Source: Euprymna scolopes
Lineage: Eukaryota
Assembly (NCBI GenBank): GCA_053919585.1
Contig: CM132786.1
DNA length: 64,000 bases
Strand: one strand, 5' to 3'
The position numbers and the translations under genes were made by a program. The notes below the pieces were generated by a model. That model saw nothing but the letters and a program-made list of their open reading frames with translations, was not told the origin of the DNA and searched no databases. This document shows positions 52,665-64,000 of the stretch, in pieces (the first letter of the stretch is position 1; each line of letters starts with the position of its first letter).

Positions 52665-53655
52665 ATCTACTTCACAAGATTGCCAGCTATGGAATATCTG
52701 CAAATGCTGTTACAATTATTAAATCCTTTCTCTCTGATAGGCTTATAAGAGTGCACGTAGATAAGCACAAAATCAGAAACTCATAGTATTAACGCTGGCG
52801 CCCCTTGAGGTTCCACCCTAGGCCAAACTCTCTCCCTGATCTTCATCAATGATCTCTCAAATCACATTCTTAGATCCTTCATAGTTATTTATGTAGACGA
52901 CACCAATATCTATGGAAACACTTTAAAGGCCAGCAATGAGGAATATTTTTATGATCCTTTCTCTTTCGATTTGAATAACTCTAAGCGTCAGTAGCTATCT
53001 CACTGCCGATGCAATCTTTTATCTATACCGATAGAAGATTGCATCGGCAGTGAGATAGCTACTGGAGCTTTTAGGAACGCCATAGAATGGAATATTGTTG
53101 TCACATCTTGGCAGAAGTCAATGTCAGTCCCAGAAACTTGGCGTGTCCTATCCTGCCTAGATAGAATTCAAAACCGGATTCGAAACCTAATAGGTGCTGC
53201 CCTTTTCTCTTCCCTGTGATCTTTTTTCTACAGAAGGGACTTTGCGGCCTTATCTCTGCTTTATCATTATTGTCATGGCAAGTGCTCGAGTGAACTTCTA
53301 TCTATAGTTCCACCTTGCGAAACTTTCACAAAAAAACACTAAACTAGCTAAAACTACTATATATGGTATCTCCCACTCTCAATCAGTCTCTAAATCTAAA
53401 CACGACTTCTATTAACAAAACTTATTTTTCAGAACTTCCCGCCTGTGGAACACTGTTCCGCTGGCTTGCTTCCCGGTTGAATGCAACATAGTAGTTTTCA
53501 AACTCAATGTATACAAGTTCTCGTTGAGCCATCACATAAATAATCAAATTCTACCCAATTTACACTATTAACGATCGCTACACCTTACGTTCATGAACCG
53601 TTATCCTTGAGTAGCCTTCAGGTATATATGAGTAGCGACTCTTAAGTAAAAATTC
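52665..53655 (+). mobile_element. CR1/Jockey-group LINE fragment (subfamily of 35140-36640) with internal deletion and fold-back
   Basis: LHKIASYGIS, FINDL, YVDDT, MEYCCHI, CLDRIQNR, LWNTVP. Confidence 0.88.
52989..53064. repeat. Near-perfect 35-bp-arm hairpin inside a LINE
   Basis: cagtagctatctcactgccgatgcaatcttttatc-tatacc-gatagaagattgcatcggcagtgagatagctactg; one G:U pair. Confidence 0.95.
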
Positions 53656-53659
53656 CTAT

Positions 53660-54570
53660 CATCTGCCTAAAGTATCTTATCAGCGCTGCTACACATGTGG
53701 TTATTCCTTCAATTAAATGCTTTCTCTATAATTTGTTTCTAATAGCTTTCTCGTTCTCTCGGGTACTACTTTTCAATCCTCTCTTTCCTTTTTGTAGATT
53801 TAATGGTATCTGCTTCCAGCACTACTAAATATTTTTAAGTGTCATTTTAACTGAGCGCTCTTATATTTGCTTGGTTGGGCTGTTCTATATCTTCTGCTGT
53901 CACTAGTTTTCCCTTTTCATCTCTAGTAATGCACACTTTTCCATTCCAAATCCCATTCCAATGACCTGATTCAATACCCTGGTTCTGTTTATAAGCTTTT
54001 TCAGTTTCTATTTGTTTAGCAAATAGCTTCAAGTAATTCATATACATGAGGTGGTTTATTCTTTGTTCTTTGTCTGTAAACTGTAATCCGGCATTAAAAT
54101 AATGATAAACAGGATAGGTGAAAGGGAACCGCATTGGAGGTGCCTTTCTGTATTCTTATGTTAGTCAAGTGCTGTCCTCTACCTGTCAGTTCTAGTCTTC
54201 ATGTTTCCATTGCATCTTAATAATATTAATAATCTAGACAGATATAGTGTTCATTCTTAATAATTGAATTATCTGTAATTGTTGGAATCGCCTTTGTTTC
54301 AGTGTCTTCTTTTGTCGTCCATTCTGGTACTTTTGTTTTGTAGATACACTTTTTCGGCTTTACACCAGTCTATCATGTAGTGTTGTGAACTGTAGGTTTT
54401 TCTTTATTGATTTATGTTTGTGCTCCTTCTTCAATTTCCTGGACTTCATTTTTCATATCTTTCAGCCACTTGACGTTTTTATTGTGGGTGCCAACTATAT
54501 TCAGCCCAAGAAGTGTTTGGTTTCCGTGGGGTTCGTTTGATCCGTTTTTATTATTTCTCCGTTCACACTT

Positions 54571-54620
<50 letters not shown>

Positions 54621-55420
54621 CGTTTCAAAGTTTTTTTTTATTTATTATCAAGATTTATGAGATCCTTTGTTTATGATTTTAGTTTCATTTTTAATGATTT
54701 TGCATATTAAATTTTTGAGATGTGTGATCGTCTCTGTTGAAATAAATGTTAGGAGTCTATTTACTGTTTCTATTTAAAATTTTACTTTTTCTTCTTCTTT
54801 TGTTTCCTAACATTGTAGTTTTGTTTATCCTCGTATATGTCGTTTAATGTTTCAAACTTCTTATGAATTTTCTTCAGTGTGCCCAGCGTTGGTGCTAATG
54901 TTCTGCCAGTCTTCTGTGTGTTATTATCACAGAAAGTTCCTTGATACATTGCACCATCTAGTTTTAGATTTCCAGTATTTCGCGTTCGGAGAACCAGCCT
55001 CTCTTAAAGATCTGTCTTATTTGGTTTACAATACTCTGTTAAGTTGCCGGAAATCATGAGACATGTCCCATGCATTTTACATTGATTTGCAGTTGCTTCT
55101 TTCTTCTGGATTGCTTCTGGAGTAGCATTTCAAGTCTTATTCAGTTTTCTTTTGTAGTCAACTTTTTCTATGATATTTACTCTTGCTTTGTTCTTTACTG
55201 CTTTCTTCTGTTTTGTGTATGTCAGTGTTTTTCGTCTGCAATCTTGTTCTTGAAATCAGAAAACAACGAACATTCTCAAGATGCCAATCGTATCCCCCAT
55301 GTTTCCCAACGAGATAGCACCTGCCGACCATGACGCTCAGATCTTTCTATTATAGTTCCACGGCCTGTATCACTGTTATTTATCATAATTCATATTTAGG
55401 TGTATGTGGCAACACCATGC
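53660..55420 (-). mobile_element. R4/Dong-like LINE with internal deletions
   Basis: QRINHLMYMNYLKLFAK (RT), and an N-terminal ..CYSRSNPEER..AWD region typical of R4/Dong ORFs. Confidence 0.7.
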
Positions 55421-55924
55421 CCTGACTTAGTTGACCTGTGATCCTGTCACAGGGCAAGTGTTTATCTGAATTTGATGAAATATGGTGCATTAACACACGC
55501 ACATAAAGGGATAATTACAGCAAATGAGAAAGACGAGAAAAAAGGGACTTATTAATATCTACTTAATATAAGTATTGGTCCTTTACTTCAGTCTTAAAAA
55601 AAGGAAATTAAACAAGTTCCCCTCCCATGTTTACATGGGAAAAAGTAAAATGGTGGAAGAAGAGATGCGAGGAAGATGGGGGTTGTGCAGGCTACCCCCC
55701 CCAGATCATCGTGTTTCATAATATTAAACATGTATAATTTATAAATATCTTTTAAAATGTCAATATAACTCGGGCTCCTCACATTTTTTGCTATACATGA
55801 AGGAATAAATTAAAGATATCAACATCGACAAAGTTCTAGATATTAGCTAAATGTATGCAAACTGTCGTAAAAATAATATTCACCTCTCAGAGCCTTATCA
55901 TCATCATCATCATCATCATCATTG

Positions 55925-55957
<33 letters not shown>

Positions 55958-57018
55958 ATTGTTGTTGTTATTATTATTTCTGCTAACGAAGAGTTCTCAC
56001 ATAAGCAATCATCAAAGATTATTCACGGCCAGCAACTGGTAATGTTCCCTGAAATCTGGGTGGCTAAAAGTCTTTCTTTATTTCCGGTACTCTTCACGAT
56101 TTCCCATAACTTTTGAAAATGAATTCGTGTTATCGCAACAGCTGCTTGCCCTTGATTTGCATTTATTGCAATAAACTTTTCCAAGATCCAATTCTAATTG
56201 CTGGAGTTCTGGCTAGGCTGTCTTCTCCCCGTCCTGTCATCCTCTTTGCATCTTATTGACTTTTTGGATTGGTACCTGTTGATACCGATACTACAATATT
56301 TTTAGCCATAAGTACTAATTTTTAATTTGAGTTTTGTTGGTGATATGTTGTAATAATTATTATCATTACTCTTANNNNNNNNNNNNNNNNNNNNNNNNNN
56401 NNNNNNNNNNNNNNNNNNNNNNNNNNNNNNNNNNNNNNNNNNNNNNNNNNNNNNNNNNNNNNNNNNNNNNNNNNNNNNNNNNNNNNNNNNNNNNNNNNNN
56501 NNNNNNNNNNNNNNNNNNNNNNNNNNNNNNNNNNNNNNNNNNNNNNNNNNNNNNNNNNNNNNNNNNNNNNNNNNNNNNNNNNNNNNNNNNNNNNNNNNNN
56601 NNNNNNNNNNNNNNNNNNNNNNNNNNNNNNNNNNNNNNNNNNNNNNNNNNNNNNNNNNNNNNNNNNNNNNNNNNNNNNNNNNNNNNNNNNNNNNNNNNNN
56701 NNNNCTGTTTTCCCAATATTATGCCGGTTAATTTTTCANNNNNNNNNNNNNNNNNNNNNNNNNNNNNNNNNNNNNNNNNNNNNNNNNNNNNNNNNNNNNN
56801 NNNNNNNNNNNNNNNNNNNNNNNNNNNNNNNNNNNNNNNNNNNNNNNNNNNNNNNNNNNNNNNNNNNNNNNNNNNNNNNNNNNNNNNNNNNNNNNNNNNN
56901 NNNGATAGTGTCTAGTACACACTTTTCTGCAAACGTGCACACTACCCGCGGAGTAGAAGAGAAAAGAAGATCTAAACCCAAAGGGAAAAAAGCAAGAAAG
57001 AGAGACATAGAGAGATAG

Positions 57019-57057
<39 letters not shown>

Positions 57058-57899
57058 TTAATGTATAGAAAAGAAGCTAGATAGAGAAGGCGAAAAGGAG
57101 AATGTGCGTGTGCGTGTGTGTACATGAGTGCCAATCACGTACTCTTAAAAACATTTGTTGCGATTACAAGTTGATCAATAAATTCTCTTGTTTTCCCACT
57201 TTTAGTTTGAATAAATTGAAATTCTGCTTTTATTTTACAATCATAATACTCTCCGTAAAAATTCAAATTAAAAAAGGCTGTTGCAGGCTAATAGCACGTG
57301 TCTCTCCTTCCATAATAAAAGCAAAATGATTTGGATCACAGTATTTGCATATTTTCCTTTCAACCCGGTTGCCCGCTTAATTACAAGCGATTCTCCCGAG
57401 GAAACACCAGCAAAACAGTTTACCTCCCCACGCCCAGTCATTAAAAAAACGCATATCAGTGAACATTATTTAATTACAACAAAAGAAGTTAATTTTCTGA
57501 TGGAGCGAATGATTTTGTTTTTGTTGATTTGTTTATTTCGTAGCCATGGGATTTACTTGTCACACAAATCCGAGTGACTCATTTTTAAAAGGCATAAAAT
57601 ACGAATAATACTTTTTAAATATTTGTTATCTCCTGTCAAAACTCGAATCAAATTAGGCATTAAATTGAAAGGAATGTTTCATTTCAACGTACGTCTTTTA
57701 TTTCACAACAAAACCATGAAAAATACAAATAATTTATCACAGAGTTTAATTTGGTTTGTCTGTTTTACAATACATCGACATTTTAGGTATTATTCTGATA
57801 CTAATGACGTCTATCTAGAGCGTTAGGAAGTGATTTATACAACAGAAAAAAGAAAAATAAAGACGGGATAATTATAGGACATGGTTCACAAAGACACAC

Positions 57900-58950
57900 A
57901 ATGTCAGTAACATGAATAAAAGTAAAAAGAGTATTCAGCTGGAATTGCCAAGTAAAATTAAACATCCGGACATTAGATATCCGATATGGAAGTCAGTATA
58001 TTTAGAATTAGATTTACCACAGTTTTCAGTTTGACTTCCTTTATCACACACACTCAGAACACTAATGAGTTATGCAAACAACTTGTTCTAGTATTGTGTT
58101 TATCTTAGTGCGATCACAAAGGCAATCATCGAGCTTCATTATTTCTGAAGCTTGACATATGAAATCGAGCTATCGCCCGCTAATTTCCATGCTTGAATGT
58201 TATGACACGCGTTTATTTGAACACAAGTGTTGTATACATAATGTATTTTTACCATCAGATTACATTATGTAAAGTGCTGGAAAATTCCATTAGATTACAT
58301 TATGTAAAATGTGGAAAATTCCATTAGATTACATTATGTAAAGTGTGGAAAATTCCATTAGATTACATTATGTAATGTGTGGAAAAGTCCATTAGATTAC
58401 ATTATGTAAAGTGTGGAAAATTCCATTAGATTACATTATGTAAAGTGTGGAAAATTCCATTAGATTACATTATGTAAAGTGCTGGAAAATTCCATTAGAT
58501 TACATTATGTAAAGCGTGGAAAATTCCATTAGATTACATTATGTAAAGTGCTGGAAAAGTCCATTAGAATTATAAACGAAAATTTGAACAACATGTAACG
58601 ATATGAGATCATGAAGAGATTGTCGAAAATGAGATTTTGCTAAGAAGATTATACTTTGTGACCGGTAACACAAATATATTTGGTCGTCTTGTTCTGAGCT
58701 ATATGTTCATTGCCCGCCGTGATGTGAGCTGCTGGCGATAAGAATATATATTTTTACAAAACATCGAGAGCACGTCGTGCTTGAGCAAGGATATTATTGA
58801 CATAATTCACAACTGAATTTTACTAAGTTCATTATTCACTACACCACGGGCCTTTGCAGACAATTCAAGGAAAAATCCTAAGATGCTTAAACTCATTCTG
58901 TTTCTAGATGTATAACTCTACGCGTATCATTAAATATCACTAGATATTAC
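57900..58950 (+). mobile_element. Possible hAT (Charlie-like) transposase relic
   Basis: Weak traces of the BED-finger region and an HCxxHRxxLxxK-like motif (FIARRD..LLAIRI) on either side of the minisatellite. Confidence 0.3.
58252..58568. repeat. 34/35-bp minisatellite, 9 copies plus a partial
   Basis: Unit ccattagattacattatgtaaagtg(c)tggaaaatt starting at 58252, 58287, 58321, 58355, 58389, 58423, 58457, 58492 and 58526. Confidence 0.97.
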
Positions 58951-58964
58951 TACGAAATATTACA

Positions 58965-58999
<35 letters not shown>

Positions 59000-59067
59000 T
59001 ATGCATATATATATTTTTATTCCTACAGTCTTATTGTTATCTCTGTCTTTCTATCTATCTCTCTCTC

Positions 59068-59106
<39 letters not shown>

Positions 59107-59641
59107 GCTATTTATAATTTATGTTTATGATATTATATAAAATTGCATACTTCGTGTGCCAAGTAGTTGAACGTCGCCCAGAGTCCACGCTGTTTCTTGA
59201 GTCCATCTTACTCGCCACCGTTTTTCTTTATCTATAAATTATTTACAGCCTTATATTAGGAGACGACATGTCTTACCTTTATATATGTACACAAAACCTC
59301 ATACACACATTTCTTAGTTATGATTTTTTTTCTGAAAATACACATGACCTTTCTAAATAGGCGTATAGCTCCTGAATAATTTCTTGATGTCATATGAAAT
59401 ACATATACTTGAACCTTTTTGACAAGACTTTGTGTATAGCATACAAACTGCAATCGGTTTTCGGTTAATGCCCATTCGCTGCTTGATCCAGATTTCTTAG
59501 AGCTCATGTCATGCTTTCAAGCATTTTGGGTGGAGTGTTTCTCTTAAACTGTCCATCACCTTTTGATATATATTACTGTTTACAACATATTGCTTTAGCA
59601 CAGTGTTGTAGGTAACGTACACTTACTTTCTTTCTTTCTTT

Positions 59642-59690
<49 letters not shown>

Positions 59691-59691
<1 letters not shown>

Positions 59692-59825
59692 TAGAAAAAG
59701 TACCCATCGTTGAGTGGGTCCAAAAATAGCTTACAGAAAATGGACTCTCATTTATGGAAGTATGAAAGGTTATGAAAAGGAGGGGTGTAAAGCGATAGCT
59801 TCACATTTTGTGGTATCAAAACAAT
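59691..59825 (-). mobile_element. Helitron 3'-end fragment
   Basis: ctag-aaaaagtacccatcgttgagtgggt hairpin end; matches 61391-61515. Confidence 0.75.
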
Positions 59826-59827
59826 AT

Positions 59828-59868
<41 letters not shown>

Positions 59869-61075
59869 CGTGTGCGTGTGCGTGTGTGTGTGTGTGGACA
59901 ACATTTTTTTTCTCTTAAGAATATTTCATTAAATAAAATAGACGTTTTTTGTCTAATGATTCTATTTTCGGTCCTTTCACACTTCCGAATACCAGTGTTA
60001 GCATCTGGCAAGAACTATCTGATGTAATCACCGTGTTTATCGTAAATTCTAGTATATTCTAATCCTTCAGAATTCATCGTCAGAGATTAATCCATCTAAC
60101 TTGTTTTGAACGATTTATATACGTTTTTCCCTTCTCGCATTGATTAATTATTTTATTTTATTCATTCATTTANNNNNNNNNNNNNNNNNNNNNNNNNNNN
60201 NNNNNNNNNNNNNNNNNNNNNNNNNNNNNNNNNNNNNNNNNNNNNNNNNNNNNNNNNNNNNNNNNNNNNNNNNNNNNNNNNNNNNNNNNNNNNNNNNNNN
60301 NNNNNNNNNNNNNNNNNNNNNNNNNNNNNNCACATAATAATACGATACGGAGAATGGTAAAAGAAAAAAAGTAAATGAAAAAGTTCAATTTGCAAGAATG
60401 AATGAGAATTTGCAAGAAGAGAAGAGAAAGAGAGAGAGAGATAGACACTAATAGAAATATAGAAAAGGGTCAAGAGTGAATTGCGAGGCATGCTGTGAAT
60501 AGAATACATGTTATCTTATAGTTAGATGTCGACGGTCATATGATTTTTATTCAATCTGAGTTCCGCAAAATGACGGGAAAAATGTCCGTTCGTGAATGAA
60601 CATTCCAACCACCGGAAATACTTTTGAAATGTTTTCACGCAAAACAGCGTGCCGTTACTATCCTGCGCCTATTTTACTTATATGACGTTACGAAAGTTCA
60701 ATTCTATGCATTAAAAGGTCATTTCAGTGCGTTTTTTAGGAATCGACGCTAATTCCATATTAGCCGGCACACACGTCACACGAAAAGCGGATAAAAAATA
60801 AAAGACGTTGCGTTCTTTTTCACAGTGGAAATCCTAGGGAAATAAAAAATCTGTGACAATTCACTAATGGATCCGCACAATGTACATTGGAAATCTGTTG
60901 CAATAGTTAGGCGAGTGTTTTCGAGCGCAAATCTTCCGTATCTAGTATGCGCATACACTAAATATGGATTCGTTTAATCTTTTCGATGGACAATCGAATT
61001 ATTACTCTGACCTCGAAACAAGCAAGAAGTCAATACTAGGAATAATGATGGAATAATAATAAAATACTACTACTA

Positions 61076-61134
<59 letters not shown>

Positions 61135-61338
61135 GTATGGTTGTGTAGTTGTATGAATAATGACGGAATAATGATAAAATACTACTACTACTCTTACTCA
61201 TACTACTGCTACTAATATATCAGAATCTATTTCATCTAACATTTATCCTGGAAATGTTTTTGACCTTGAAGGAGTATTTATGGGGGCTTATTATATCAAC
61301 TGGCTGTATGCCTTATATAGGGCGATCTCCATAACAAT

Positions 61339-61390
<52 letters not shown>

Positions 61391-61391
<1 letters not shown>

Positions 61392-62124
61392 TAGCAAAAG
61401 TACCCGTCGTTGACTGGGTCCAAAAACAGCCTACAGAAAATGGACTCTGATTTATGATAGGTTATGAAAAGGAAGGGTTGTAAAGAGATAGCTTCGAATT
61501 TGGGGGTATCGAAACCAAAGCAAAATATGATGAAAGTAAAAATAAAATAGATAAACCCCATAATTTATTATACCATAACTGTTTACATTGAAACACTTAT
61601 CGCAATATTCTGTGGATCTATATTTAACAACCTTGTTAAACTTTGTGACATATTTCCATTCTGAGGAACACCCCATCATTTTATTATACCATATTTCTTA
61701 AAACTGAAACATAATTATCAAAGTATACTTACGCAGATAGATATGAAAAGTCTTTATTAAAGTTTGTGTCTATTTCCATTCTATGGAGGCCAGGCGCGAA
61801 CGCAGATCCCACAACTTTATTATACCATCTCTATTTAAGTTAAAACATACTTATCAAAGTATTATTATGTAAATCTATATCAAAAACATTTGTAAACGTT
61901 TTTTTTTTTAATTTTTATATTTTTTATTTCCATACTTTGTGGACCAGGCGCGTACGAAGACCCCGCAATTATAATGGCTCATCATTATGCCAGATCAAAT
62001 ATACCCATTCCTGTGTCTCGATACATCTTCTATAATTATATGTGATCAGTTTTCTATAATAGTCAACCATATAGGAGCCTATTCGTGACCAGACACACAC
62101 AGAGACGTTCAGCTTTATATTATA
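61391..62124 (-). mobile_element. Non-autonomous Helitron with internal subrepeats
   Basis: CTAG plus hairpin acccgtcgttgactgggt; three tatttccat..-initiated subrepeats; 5' end cagacacacac..ctttatattata. Confidence 0.75.
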
Positions 62125-62126
62125 AA

Positions 62127-62403
62127 CTAGCATGGGTGCGCGGCGTTGCCCTGGTGTTTGGAGGTGTATGCTGAGCAAATAAACAAAAAACAAAAAAGAA
62201 ACGGTCAATTTTTTAAAACTTAACCCCTATTATGACCCCTTAAAATTTATTGTTTTGAGCTCACATCAAGTTATTAAGTAAGATCCATGTCCAATGAACA
62301 TATATCTTAAATTTCAAGTGTTTAGATTCAAAATTGTCGGAGGAGTTTGGTAGGGTTCTCAAAGATCAAATCGTTGAACTTTGACCCCTTAACGGCCAAA
62401 TTT
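62127..62403 (-). mobile_element. Second Helitron 3' portion, truncated by the HHR element
   Basis: ctagcatgggtgcgcggcgttgccctgg (CTAG plus GC-rich hairpin) directly adjacent to the previous Helitron. Confidence 0.55.
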
Positions 62404-62566
62404 CAGGTCGTCGCACTCATGAAGTGTGCAATACTGACGACCTAACCATATGGGCCACGGCGCAATCTATTGGCACTGCCTCGATTTTTAAATTCTTATA
62501 TATATATATATTTTTATCTAGTTCTACATTCTACGATGTGACAAGCAACGCGTCCTGTCTCAGAGC

Positions 62567-62615
62567 ACGTCACTGATGAGATGCAATACATCGAAACCCA
62601 CTTTAGGTCTGGCAC
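62567..62615 (+). ncRNA. Type I hammerhead ribozyme (family B)
   Basis: Stem I gtca/tggc; CUGAUGA 62573-79; stem II gatg/catc; GAAA; stem III accca/taggt (one mismatch); GUC 62607-09. Confidence 0.85.
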
Positions 62616-63058
62616 TGTCCGTTGTCGATGCAATTGCTCGATTCTATCTAATTCTAGGTTCTAGCTTTATCGTGAAAGGTGTATGTGAACGGGTATTTGT
62701 ATATCTATCTATAATCTCCTCTTAATGTCTAATATGTGTAGAAAAGGCGGTTCATCATTCGGAGGGACGTGCTGTCCCTCAACAAATAGGTTGTTCCGAA
62801 ATCGTGTCTGCGTAGTCGGCTAATTTCAGTTAATGTTTGTAGATGTGATATCTACCGCCTGCATACCAGCAGCAACTATCTTAGTTGTATAGGACGCGTT
62901 GCTTGTCACATCGTAGAATGTAGAACTAGATGAAAAAAAATCTATATAAGAATTTAAAAATCGAGGCATATCAATAGATTGCGCCGTAGCCCATATGGTT
63001 AGGTCGTCAGTATTGCACACTTCATGAGTGCAACGACCTGGGTTCACGCCTATGTCGC

Positions 63059-63107
63059 ACGTAACTGATGAGATGCAGTACATCGAAACCCACTTTGGGT
63101 CGGGCGT
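63059..63107 (+). ncRNA. Type I hammerhead ribozyme (family B), stem I weakened
   Basis: CUGAUGA 63065-71; stem II gatg/catc; perfect stem III accca-ctt-tgggt; GUC 63099-101. Stem I acgtaa/gggcgt has two core-proximal mismatches. Confidence 0.8.
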
Positions 63108-63167
63108 TGTCCGTTGTCGATTTAATTGCTCAATTCTATCTAATTCTGAAAGGTGTATGTGAAACGG

Positions 63168-63219
<52 letters not shown>

Positions 63220-63772
63220 CTTTTCTAGGTGATGGGATTCTGAAGCTAGATACTAGTCACTAGAAAAGGGGAAGGGCTAGTATAATACAGAAATACGACA
63301 TAGATAGAAGCTGCCTTAAGAACATTTGAGAATGAAAGGATTAAGAAGAACAAATATTAATATACAACTAGAAATAGGAAATTAAGTGTATGCGAATAGG
63401 AAGCAATAAACATTAAAATAAAAATAAATATAAATATAAACAGAAGTGAGAAGGAAAAAACCGGAAGTGTAGTATATAAGTAAATAGTCTTGAAAATGAA
63501 ATAAGGATAATTAAGAAATAATGGGGACGATTATAGAAGAATAGAAAAAAACGAAATTAGGAAGAGAAGTAGGGATTTTGGTATAATAAGCTAACGTGAG
63601 ATACGGAAATACACAAATATATATAATCAGGAAAAATATATTGAAAAACGACTTAATATTAAACACATGAAGGCGAATAAATGAAACTTTGAGAAATCCA
63701 CAGTATCATTGTTCTACTTAAAAGTGTGTAACTTTTGCGTAGTGTAAGATATATTCTTTGTCAAATTCAATT

Positions 63773-63851
<79 letters not shown>

Positions 63852-64000
63852 TGGACTTTTGGATTTTACCGTCATTGGATACTTTACCTTTCACCAGACT
63901 ATTCATTCACGTGAAATCACCTTTGTCTTTACCATATTCCCCCTGCTTCACTTTTTGTTATCAAGTAAGATCTTTGACTTACTTGCAGTTTCATCGAATA

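Larger units (their letters stand above)
62404..63170 (+). mobile_element. Retrozyme-like, PLE-type HHR element (family B): partial tandem with 5' inversion and tRNA-like head
   Basis: Two HHRs in direct orientation 492 nt apart. 62404-62556 is the reverse complement of 62891-63040. A-box TAGCCCATATGG at 62987-98, B-box-like GGGTTCACGCC at 63040-50. Ends in (TA)n. Confidence 0.8.

Noticed and set aside
56334-57134. Long ORFs spanning N runs (also at 736-1141, 4248-4542, 41130-41412 and 60140-60509)
   Set aside because: Artefacts of the assembly gaps at 891-1047, 4325-4471, 41178-41331, 56375-56704, 56739-56903 and 60173-60330.
58252-58568. CRISPR-like palindromic 34-bp repeats
   Set aside because: No spacers, no cas genes, and a eukaryotic context.

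Overview
AT-rich animal genomic DNA with six N-gaps and many (TA)n, (GA)n and (AAT)n microsatellites. The repeat content looks invertebrate, possibly cephalopod or other mollusc (inference only). I cannot support any host protein-coding gene; the window is almost entirely decayed transposable elements. Retroelements: CR1/Jockey-group, R4/Dong-like and RTE-like LINEs, a Gypsy internal region, and Penelope GIY-YIG relics. DNA elements: Tc1, maT, rosa and mariner relics, non-autonomous Helitrons, a fold-back MITE, and a nearly full-length ~5 kb Academ(X)-type transposon with TIRs. A 3 kb 22-bp satellite with a 792-bp higher-order duplication sits inside a mariner MITE. The most striking signal is several type I hammerhead ribozymes (HHRs). 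They belong to at least two, probably three, sequence-unrelated families, each with a tRNA-like Pol III (A/B box) head directly upstream of the HHR. At 62.4-63.2 kb two HHRs 492 nt apart flank a structured monomer, suggesting a Pol III-driven, self-cleaving retrozyme/SINE system. All calls were made by eye, and boundaries of decayed elements are approximate.
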